A stretch of DNA of 10,178 bases. Origin: Promethearchaeota archaeon (GTDB taxonomy: Archaea; Asgardarchaeota; Lokiarchaeia; Sigyniarchaeales; SOKP01). The stretch lies in assembly GCA_048938445.1 (NCBI GenBank), contig JBHLME010000145.1:1-10178 (forward strand), in the 5' to 3' direction. Position numbers and translations under genes: made by a program. The stretch's first letter is position 1. Every line of letters starts with the position of its first letter. Of the stretch, positions 1-7,080 are shown piece by piece. The notes under the pieces were generated by a model. It saw only the letters and a list, made by a program, of their open reading frames with translations. It searched no databases and was not told the DNA's origin.

Positions 1-1
1 C

Positions 2-142
2 GCATTGATTTTATTTTTTGTGTTTCTATCATTAATTTTAGAAGTAGGAGCCGAAAAAATTAATAAAAGATTAATGAAAGTATATGAGAAAAAGGGAATT
101 AGCCTTATTCCTCAAGAGATTAAAATAGTGCCTAAAGAATAA
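2..142 (+). CDS. 3' end of an unidentified membrane protein (partial, starts upstream of the window)
   Basis: Frame 2 is open from the window edge to TAA at 140-142 and reads ALILFFVFLSLILEVGAEKINKRLMKVYEKKGISLIPQEIKIVPKE*, a hydrophobic stretch followed by a basic tail. T-tracts follow. Not in the supplied ORF track. Confidence 0.6.
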   Translation, partial: ALILFFVFLSLILEVGAEKINKRLMKVYEKKGISLIPQEIKIVPKE

Positions 143-173
143 GGAAATCAGAATTATATAAATAGAATTAGAC

Positions 174-195
174 TTTTTAATTTCTTATTTTTTTT
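174..195 (+). terminator. Archaeal-type oligo-T terminator candidate
   Basis: T5 (174-178) and T8 (188-195) runs 30-50 nt after the stop at 142. Confidence 0.4.
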
Positions 196-207
196 AAATT
201 ATTAGCA

Positions 208-222
208 GAAAAGGTTTTTAAT
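208..222 (+). promoter_or_regulatory. Candidate BRE-TATA promoter for pncB
   Basis: Purine-rich GAAAAGG directly followed by TTTTTAAT, about 55 nt upstream of the ATG at 277. Specificity is weak in such AT-rich DNA. Confidence 0.4.
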
Positions 223-276
223 TGAAAAATCAAATTAAATAATTAAATAATTTAAAGTAATTTCTTTAGAAAAAAA

Positions 277-1656
277 ATGAAGGATATAAACTCAGGTTTT
301 ATTAACGACATTAATATGATTTTGGCTACAGACTTTTACCAATTAACGATGGGTGCTGCTTATTATCAATTTAATTTCGAAAACAATATTAATGAAAAAG
401 ATGATATTGCTACTTTTGAATTATTTATGAGAAAATTCCCCAAAAACCGTAATTACTTAGTTTTTGCAGGATTAGAACAAGCTGTCCATTATCTACAGAA
501 CGCTAGATTTACTGAAAGAACAATAGAGTTTTTGAGAAAAAAGGAAGTTTTTAAAAAAATTGATCCGAGATTTTTTGATGAGTATCTGCCCAATTTTAAG
601 TTTAATGTAGATGTATGGGCAATGAAAGAAGGTAATTTCTTTTTTCCTAATGAACCAATTATTAGAATTCAAGGCCCAATGTTTCATGCTCAAATAGCTG
701 AAACCTATTTACTGAATGTTATTAATTTTCAAACGCTAATTGCTTCTAAAGCGTCAAGAATTAAAAACTTAGTTCCTAATAAAACCCTTCTCGAATTTGG
801 TACAAGAAGGTCGCACAGCCCACTTGCAGGTGTTTATGCCGCTAGAGCTAGTTATATAGCTGGATTTAATGGAACAAGTAATGTGGTTGCTGATCTTGAA
901 TTGGGAATTAATTCCACTGGCACTATGGCTCATAGTTTTGTTCAAAAATTTGAAAAAGAAATTGACAGCTTTAATATTTATTATGATATTTATGATGAGA
1001 ACTCTATTCTTTTAATTGACACATATGATACCGAAAAGGGAGCTGAAAAATGCCATCAATTTGGAAATAAAATAAAAGGTGTAAGAATAGATTCGGGAGA
1101 TCTTATTGATCATGCCAAAAAAGTCAGAAAAATTTTAGATGAAATTGGTTGCGATAAAGTTTCGATCGTTGCAAGTTCTGATTTAAACGAATATAAAATA
1201 AAAGAAATCATGGATAAAAAAGCTCCCATAGATGCCTTTGGTGTTGGAACAGAATTGGCAACATCACGCGATGATCCAACTATTTCGGGTGTGTATAAAT
1301 TAATAGAATATAATAATAAACCTAAAATAAAGATTAGCGAAGATAAAATTACTTATCCCGGAGTAAAGCAAATTTTCAGAATATACGATAAAAATGGAAT
1401 GTTCAAAGAAGATATATTAGCGCTGAATGAAGAAGTGCCCCCTACCAATTCCGAGGTTTTGTTAATACCTATTATGAAAAATGGAGATTTAATAACTGAA
1501 CTTCCCAAATTAGATGAAATCCAACAATTTTATTTAGAAAATATGAAAAAATTACCTGAAAATTATAAATCCTTAAAAGAAGCTAAAACCTTTAAGTTGA
1601 AAATATCACAAAAATTAAAAGAATTGACGAATTCATTGAAGGAAAAATACATGTAA
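277..1656 (+). CDS. pncB: Nicotinate phosphoribosyltransferase (NAD salvage)
   Basis: 459 aa with the NAPRTase motifs TDFYQLTM, EFGTRR, GTSNV, GTMAHS (phospho-His), LIDTYD, GVRIDSGD, FGVGT, VYKL and K-T-PGxKQ. Confidence 0.96.
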   Translation: MKDINSGFINDINMILATDFYQLTMGAAYYQFNFENNINEKDDIATFELFMRKFPKNRNYLVFAGLEQAVHYLQNARFTERTIEFLRKKEVFKKIDPRFFDEYLPNFKFNVDVWAMKEGNFFFPNEPIIRIQGPMFHAQIAETYLLNVINFQTLIASKASRIKNLVPNKTLLEFGTRRSHSPLAGVYAARASYIAGFNGTSNVVADLELGINSTGTMAHSFVQKFEKEIDSFNIYYDIYDENSILLIDTYDTEKGAEKCHQFGNKIKGVRIDSGDLIDHAKKVRKILDEIGCDKVSIVASSDLNEYKIKEIMDKKAPIDAFGVGTELATSRDDPTISGVYKLIEYNNKPKIKISEDKITYPGVKQIFRIYDKNGMFKEDILALNEEVPPTNSEVLLIPIMKNGDLITELPKLDEIQQFYLENMKKLPENYKSLKEAKTFKLKISQKLKELTNSLKEKYM

Positions 1657-1673
1657 ACTTTGATTTAGGAGAA

Positions 1674-1691
1674 TTTGATTTTATATTTTTT
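1674..1691 (+). terminator. T-rich terminator candidate after pncB
   Basis: TTTGATTTTATATTTTTT in the 80-nt gap between convergent pncB and the GH38 gene. Confidence 0.35.
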
Positions 1692-1736
1692 AGATATGAG
1701 ATTAATAAAATAGTGAATTAAATCGACAAGAAATGG

Positions 1737-4484
1737 CTATGATATTTGCACTAAGAACGTAAGTATCTCTTGATTTTTGGAATTAAAAGTAAAAGAATTA
1801 TTATTCTCTATTGCTAATTCTTTAATAGGTTTTTCTAACAAATTTACTAAATAAACTTTTTTAAGATCATAATCAAAGGTCATTCTTCCCTTTGATAGGC
1901 AATTTGATGTTTCTATAGCGCGGATTATAATTTCATTATTATTATCTTCTGCTTTTTTAATGACTCTTATTAGAAAATTTTCTGGTTCAATTTTTATAAA
2001 AGAACGATTACTATGTAAATTCCCTCCTTGAATTTCAATTTGTTTTGTAATCAATGGAATATTATGGCATAGAGCTCTCGTGGAAAGATAGTTAGATTTT
2101 AAATCTCCATCATGAAAATAAATTGAATAATAAAATTCTTGATCGGATAATTCTAAAGCTTTAGGAATAGAATAAAAAGGTCCTAGAGACATAGGAACTG
2201 CTCTAGGAAATAGACTGCTAAGAAATCCAGTACTTTTTAACAAAGTTATAAATAAGTTGTTTTTATTTTTATCTATTTCATATTCTGGTAATCCATCATT
2301 TATGATTGCAAATCCTTTTTTTTCGTTATAATTTGAAACATCCATCCAATTAATGACAGGAAATATACGATCATAGTGAGAAAATCTTTTATTAGATTCT
2401 GACCATGATTTTCCAACTCTTGGTGAAATATCCCGTTCAATATATCCATACGGAACTTCTGAGTGAAAAATTGCATTTTCAAAATTGACTGGAAAGCAAG
2501 CTTGTATTCTGATATTTTTAATCTTATTCTTAAATTTAGTGCAAAAATCAATACGAGAGATATCAAAGTTATATACAATTATATATTGAATTATTTCATT
2601 TATTGGCTTAAAAAACCACTTAGCTTTACATTGAAGATAAGATTTGATTCGAATTACAATTCTTACAGGGCCTTTCTCAATAATATCCAATTTACTATTG
2701 TATGTAGTAAAAATCTTATTTGGCATTTTTCCATGTAAATAGCTGTCCCCTCGATCATTAAATATCCTCAAATCATTTATGAAATAATCCGAACCTTGAA
2801 GCGTAAAGTTATTTGTTTTATCCCTAATCGAAATTAATTTATTATTTTCAAATGTTAAACAAAATCTCTTATTCTCTATTTCTATTATTTTCTTATTTTT
2901 TCCATATTTTATCTCAAAAGTTTCCTTGAATTCCGCACTTTTAACCGAAATATCTTGTTCCAAATAGTATAATTTATAAGAAATTGAAGGAATATCTTTT
3001 ATAATACAAATATATTCACTTTCTAAACGATTTAAATGAGATTTTTGAAAAGGAATATAATTACCTTTTTCATCTTTTAAATTAAACTTATCATTATCGT
3101 TAGGGAGATTGAATTTCACAATATCTGTCCTTGAACATGACAGAGGATTAAAAATAAATAAAGGAAGTACTGTTTTTGGAAGATTTGAAGAATCAACTGA
3201 TTTTATTAGAATATTTAAGGCATTATTATATATCTTTTTTAATTGAAATTCAGTTAAGCGCAACATTTTCATTATAGTATTATAAGCAGCGTCTACATGG
3301 CAACCGCAGATTCCATCATGAAAATCGCAGCAGAGGATTCGCCAAATTGCTTTAGTAATATCTTCCATGGGATATTTATAATTAGAGATTAAACTGGATA
3401 ATGTAGCTATCAATTCAGTTAAATAATATTGATTCTCTAGCATTCGTATTTTCTGTTTTAATTTAATTCGATTGCTAAATGTTCCAGGAAATTTATCTGG
3501 AAATCCATTAAACTCATAAGATTCGATTATACCAAATCTCTTACGAGTATTAACCACTGCTTTTAAAAACTCACTTGGTAGAGATATTTGGGTGTTGTAA
3601 TTATCATTAGTCTTCTGTAAGTAGTCAACCGCATCAATTATGATACTACTTGGTGGTGTATTATCCATTCCATATAAAATTAGTATATTATTAGTTGTCG
3701 TTTTTTTAATTCTATTTTTAATAGTATATTTTAAGCCGCAACCCATATCAGTGTCTAATATAGGAATACCCTTATTAATTAAACTTAGTTTTTGAAAAAT
3801 ATATTTAATTGGAGGAAAAATTTTCTTTAAAATTTCATAGACTTTAAAATTATGAGGAATAATACTTAAGGTACCAGGAATAGGTAAAAATGGAAAAAAA
3901 GGTGCGAAAATAGCTCCTGAAAAAGGTGGCACAATGTAAGCATAAGAAGAAGCCATCCAATGTGTTAAAATTTTTGAACCATCTAATGCTTTCCAGAGAA
4001 ATTCTTGAGGGAGGTTTCTGTTTCTTGCACCGCGATTAAAAATAAAATATTTAAAACCAGCTTTTTTCAGAATTTGAGGTAATTGAGGAGTTTGCCCAAA
4101 AGAATCAAGCAAATATCCTATTTTTGAATTAATCTTAAAATTCTCTTTAAAATATCGAGAACCATATAAAATCTGCCTAACTAAACTCTCACCATTAGGT
4201 AAAAGAGTATCAGGAGCTATAATCATACCACCTATTAATTCGATTTTGTTTTCATTTACCCGTTTTTTCAATTCATCCATCATATCAGGATAATGCAGTT
4301 TAAAATACTCAACAGCCATAGCAGAATCTATTACAAATTTATAATCAGGATATTTCCTCATTATTTTTAGAGCTTCTTTTATTATTTTTGCTCCTTTTGC
4401 TCCCATTCCATCTGGAGTATCACACCAACACCAATCATAATGAAAGTGAGGTGCTATGAACACATTAATTTTTGAATTTTCCAA
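1737..4484 (-). CDS. Glycoside hydrolase family 38 (alpha-mannosidase / mannosylglycerate hydrolase-like), no signal peptide
   Basis: 915 aa with metal-binding HFHYDW, PDTLLPNGESLVRQILYG, nucleophile motif DSFG, EFLWKALDGSKILTH, likely acid/base GMD, middle-domain FHDGICG, FNPLS-R and C-terminal EVPYG and NDGLPEY. TTG start with GAGGA about 9 nt upstream (minus strand, 4494-4498). Confidence 0.92.
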   Translation of the reverse strand: MENSKINVFIAPHFHYDWCWCDTPDGMGAKGAKIIKEALKIMRKYPDYKFVIDSAMAVEYFKLHYPDMMDELKKRVNENKIELIGGMIIAPDTLLPNGESLVRQILYGSRYFKENFKINSKIGYLLDSFGQTPQLPQILKKAGFKYFIFNRGARNRNLPQEFLWKALDGSKILTHWMASSYAYIVPPFSGAIFAPFFPFLPIPGTLSIIPHNFKVYEILKKIFPPIKYIFQKLSLINKGIPILDTDMGCGLKYTIKNRIKKTTTNNILILYGMDNTPPSSIIIDAVDYLQKTNDNYNTQISLPSEFLKAVVNTRKRFGIIESYEFNGFPDKFPGTFSNRIKLKQKIRMLENQYYLTELIATLSSLISNYKYPMEDITKAIWRILCCDFHDGICGCHVDAAYNTIMKMLRLTEFQLKKIYNNALNILIKSVDSSNLPKTVLPLFIFNPLSCSRTDIVKFNLPNDNDKFNLKDEKGNYIPFQKSHLNRLESEYICIIKDIPSISYKLYYLEQDISVKSAEFKETFEIKYGKNKKIIEIENKRFCLTFENNKLISIRDKTNNFTLQGSDYFINDLRIFNDRGDSYLHGKMPNKIFTTYNSKLDIIEKGPVRIVIRIKSYLQCKAKWFFKPINEIIQYIIVYNFDISRIDFCTKFKNKIKNIRIQACFPVNFENAIFHSEVPYGYIERDISPRVGKSWSESNKRFSHYDRIFPVINWMDVSNYNEKKGFAIINDGLPEYEIDKNKNNLFITLLKSTGFLSSLFPRAVPMSLGPFYSIPKALELSDQEFYYSIYFHDGDLKSNYLSTRALCHNIPLITKQIEIQGGNLHSNRSFIKIEPENFLIRVIKKAEDNNNEIIIRAIETSNCLSKGRMTFDYDLKKVYLVNLLEKPIKELAIENNNSFTFNSKNQEILTFLVQIS

Positions 4485-4512
4485 AATCTATATTCCTCAA
4501 ATTTTTTAAGAA

Positions 4513-4908
4513 TTAATCGTAATAATAAAAAAATCCAAACCATCCTAACATTGTAATTGCTAAATTTATGGAAAATGTGAAAATAAACTCAATTTGAAAT
4601 AAAAAACTGAAACTTGAGATAATAATTAAGATCAAATAATAAATTGCACAGTATAAAATGAAAAAGTGAAATAGAATTCCACCCCAGCCCCATTTATCCT
4701 CAAATAAAAATTCGATCGCACATTGAATTCCTATTAAGGGCCAAATTAACCCTAATATATCAAATAAAAGTGCATCAGATAAGGTGTTCCAAAAAATAAT
4801 ACTTAGTAAGAATTTAAAAAGTAATAATAAACTATTTATAAGGAGGATAAAACTAAGAATAAGATAGTGCTTTCTCTCTTCATTCATACTTATATTTTTT
4901 TCTCCCAA
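4513..4908 (-). CDS. Small hypothetical integral membrane protein (about 4 TM helices)
   Basis: 131 aa (124 aa if the ATG at 4887 is used), four hydrophobic segments with short polar loops. It fills the gap between GH38 and tes and stops 28 nt before the GH38 start. Confidence 0.75.
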   Translation of the reverse strand: MGEKNISMNEERKHYLILSFILLINSLLLLFKFLLSIIFWNTLSDALLFDILGLIWPLIGIQCAIEFLFEDKWGWGGILFHFFILYCAIYYLILIIISSFSFLFQIEFIFTFSINLAITMLGWFGFFYYYD

Positions 4909-5028
4909 ATTTTATCTTTACTCAACTACATAATAATAATAATTTTAAATGTATAGAAACTTTTTTTAAAATTAAATCTATTTTTAAATGAATAATTAAC
5001 CTTTTTAGCAATTTAGGTGTACAGTTTA
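4909..5028. promoter_or_regulatory. Divergent promoter region, including the tes ribosome-binding site
   Basis: Extremely AT-rich gap between divergent genes. GAAAC-TTTTTTTAAA (4956-4970) resembles BRE-TATA on +. AGGTG at 5015-5019 lies 9 nt before the ATG at 5029. Confidence 0.5.
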
Positions 5029-6747
5029 ATGTATCATATTGATGGAACTGACTATTTGAACACGCCATATTATCAAAAAACCAAGAGTGTTTGTCCTGAG
5101 TGTTTAAAAGTAATTTCGGCTGAAATTTATGAGGAAAATGACCAGATATGGATGAGGAAAACGTGCCCAGATCATGGTTTTTTTAAAGACATCATCAGTT
5201 CATCTGCAAAATATTATAAATGGACTCACTACAAGACTGATGATTGGAGTTTTGATAAAGATGGTGAAGCTAATCCTCCAGATTGTGAGGTTACCGATCC
5301 GAGGGGATGCCCCTATAATTGTGGTTTGTGCCCTGAACACTTGTCTACTTGCTCTTTAGCTTTAATAGATCTCACAAATCGATGTAATTTCAACTGTAAC
5401 TTCTGTTATGCCAATGTAATGAAAAGTGGCTATCTAATTGAGCCTTCCTTAGAGGAGATTGACAAAATAATGGCAAATTTTAGGAGTAAGCCAATACCAG
5501 CTCCTGCCATCATGTTTACTGGTGGGGAGCCTACAGTAAGAAAAGATTTTCCTGAGATTTGTGCTTTGGCTAAAAAGCACGGTTTTAAAGAAATTATTGT
5601 CGCAACTAACGGTTATGGTTTCCAAAGAAAGAACGGAGGGCTTGAATGGACTAAAAAAGTATATGAAGCTGGCTTGGACACTTTATACCTTCAATTTGAT
5701 GGTATTAACAATATCACTTATGAAAAAACACGTGGTATTAAGAATTTAATGGAATATAAGGAACGAGTGATTGAAAATTGTCGAAAAGCAGAATTAACCT
5801 CTGTTGTTTTAGTGGCTACAATCGCAAGAGGTATTACTGATATAGAAATTGGAAATATTATTCAATATGCCATTGATAATATTGACGTGGTTAGAGGAAT
5901 TACGTTCCAGCCTGTATCTCTATGTGGTAGAATAACTGCTGAAGATATGCAAGATTTGAGAATAACTAATGCTGATGTAATTAAAGAGATTGATAAACAA
6001 ACGGGAGGAAAAATCAGTATTGAAAATTCTTGGTATCCTTTAACAACAATCGTTGAGTTGGGACGAATTATTGCTTTTTTAGCAGAAGTAGAACCTGTTG
6101 AATTTACTTGCCATCCAGATTGCGGCTTTGCAACTTATTTAACATTAGATCCTGAAACGAATGAGATGGTCTCGATAATGGATTATTTCGATCCTTTAAA
6201 AATTGTTGATTTTGCCAATAAATTCTGGAAAAAAATTAAAGAAAAAGAAAAACAACCAATAAAGCTCTTTTCAGGTTTATTAGGAGATTTAGGCGAGACT
6301 TTGGATAAAGGCTTGAATTGGCTAGATAAACAACAATTAAAAGCGAGATTCCTTTTAGGAATGCTACAATATACAAAAAAACCAGGTAAACTCATGGAAA
6401 TGTTCAGCAGAGTATTATTAGATGGAAAATGGGATAGTATTAGTGCATTTACCCATGGAACACTTTTAATCAGCTCGATGCATTTTCAAGATGCTTATAA
6501 TCTCAATATTGAGAGAGTTAAACGCTGTATTGTTCATTTTGGAGTCGCTATGCCTGATGGAAAAGTAAAAGAAATTTCTTTCTGCACTATGAACACTATC
6601 CACCGTCCAGATATAGAAAAGCAAATTTCGAAGAAATTAACTGAAAAAGTTAAAAACGAATTCGATACTACATCAGGACTTCGAGCAGACGAAATTGATC
6701 AAAAATTTGCCCATAATGGAGGAACAGTCAAGGAGGATGAAATTTAA
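5029..6747 (+). CDS. tes: Radical SAM tetraether lipid synthase (Tes / GDGT-MAS, MJ0619 family)
   Basis: 572 aa from ATG 5029; the track's GTG at 5017 lies inside the Shine-Dalgarno. Family motifs: SVCPEC...KTCPDHG (rubredoxin-like site), GCPYNCGLCPEH (N-terminal auxiliary cluster), TNRCNFNCNFC (CxxxCxxC), TGGEPT, ATNG, YLQFDG, FQPVS, TCHPDCG and MHFQDAYN...RVKRC...FC (C-terminal cluster region). Confidence 0.92.
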   Translation: MYHIDGTDYLNTPYYQKTKSVCPECLKVISAEIYEENDQIWMRKTCPDHGFFKDIISSSAKYYKWTHYKTDDWSFDKDGEANPPDCEVTDPRGCPYNCGLCPEHLSTCSLALIDLTNRCNFNCNFCYANVMKSGYLIEPSLEEIDKIMANFRSKPIPAPAIMFTGGEPTVRKDFPEICALAKKHGFKEIIVATNGYGFQRKNGGLEWTKKVYEAGLDTLYLQFDGINNITYEKTRGIKNLMEYKERVIENCRKAELTSVVLVATIARGITDIEIGNIIQYAIDNIDVVRGITFQPVSLCGRITAEDMQDLRITNADVIKEIDKQTGGKISIENSWYPLTTIVELGRIIAFLAEVEPVEFTCHPDCGFATYLTLDPETNEMVSIMDYFDPLKIVDFANKFWKKIKEKEKQPIKLFSGLLGDLGETLDKGLNWLDKQQLKARFLLGMLQYTKKPGKLMEMFSRVLLDGKWDSISAFTHGTLLISSMHFQDAYNLNIERVKRCIVHFGVAMPDGKVKEISFCTMNTIHRPDIEKQISKKLTEKVKNEFDTTSGLRADEIDQKFAHNGGTVKEDEI

Positions 6748-6748
6748 T

Positions 6749-6755
6749 AGGTGAT
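6749..6755 (+). promoter_or_regulatory. Strong archaeal Shine-Dalgarno AGGTGAT
   Basis: AGGTGAT overlaps the tandem stop TAATAG of tes and ends 6 nt before ATG 6762. Confidence 0.75.
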
Positions 6756-6761
6756 ATATAA

Positions 6762-7034
6762 ATGGCTGAAATAGATCCCGATTCTGGTTTAAAAATCAGA
6801 AAATTAACAGAATTAAAGCCAACAGCCGCTGAAGAGTATCAAGAATCAATGTTGAAAAGGGTAGATCATTTTTCACAGCAGAGAGATTCCACTTTTAACA
6901 ACTTTGTAGAAAATACAATTGTCAATAGTCTTAAGGTTTTATTAGATTTGAAGGTGAAAGTTGACGAAGCGCTTGGTGATAATAAGCAAAAGGTCTATGA
7001 CATAGTTGAAAAACTTCTTTTATTTGGTTTATAA
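6762..7034 (+). CDS. Hypothetical 90-aa helical protein, tightly linked to tes
   Basis: ATG with a near-perfect SD 14 nt after the tes stop. Soluble, amphipathic-helical composition. T-tracts follow the stop. Confidence 0.88.
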   Translation: MAEIDPDSGLKIRKLTELKPTAAEEYQESMLKRVDHFSQQRDSTFNNFVENTIVNSLKVLLDLKVKVDEALGDNKQKVYDIVEKLLLFGL

Positions 7035-7036
7035 AA

Positions 7037-7059
7037 TTTTTTTTCATAATCTTTTTTTT
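7037..7059 (+). terminator. Oligo-T terminator candidate after tes and the 90-aa gene (may overlap a promoter for the next gene)
   Basis: Two T8 runs (7037-7044 and 7052-7059) directly after TAA 7034. Confidence 0.5.
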
Positions 7060-7080
7060 AATTACAGATTTTTAATTATA

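Noticed and set aside
233-263. AATTAAAT tandem repeat upstream of pncB as an operator
   Set aside because: Low-complexity A/T-only sequence that cannot be distinguished from chance.
493-693. 66-aa minus-strand ORF
   Set aside because: Antisense shadow inside pncB with no recognisable motif.
2300-2738. 92-aa (-) and 91-aa (+) ORFs
   Set aside because: Alternative-frame and antisense shadows within the intact GH38 gene.
5017-5028. GTG start for tes
   Set aside because: The GTG is part of the AGGTG Shine-Dalgarno; ATG 5029 has the proper spacing.
5174-6395. 61-, 62- and 70-aa ORFs within tes
   Set aside because: Out-of-frame or antisense shadows of a motif-rich gene.
5029-6747. Annotation as pterin dimethyltransferase or MoaA-like protein
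   Set aside because: This is the older annotation of the MJ0619 family; the auxiliary Cys motifs match tetraether synthase.
7006-7080. N-terminal extension of the kinase overlapping the 90-aa gene
   Set aside because: It comes from translating T-tract intergenic DNA from a TTG; ATG 7081 is more plausible.
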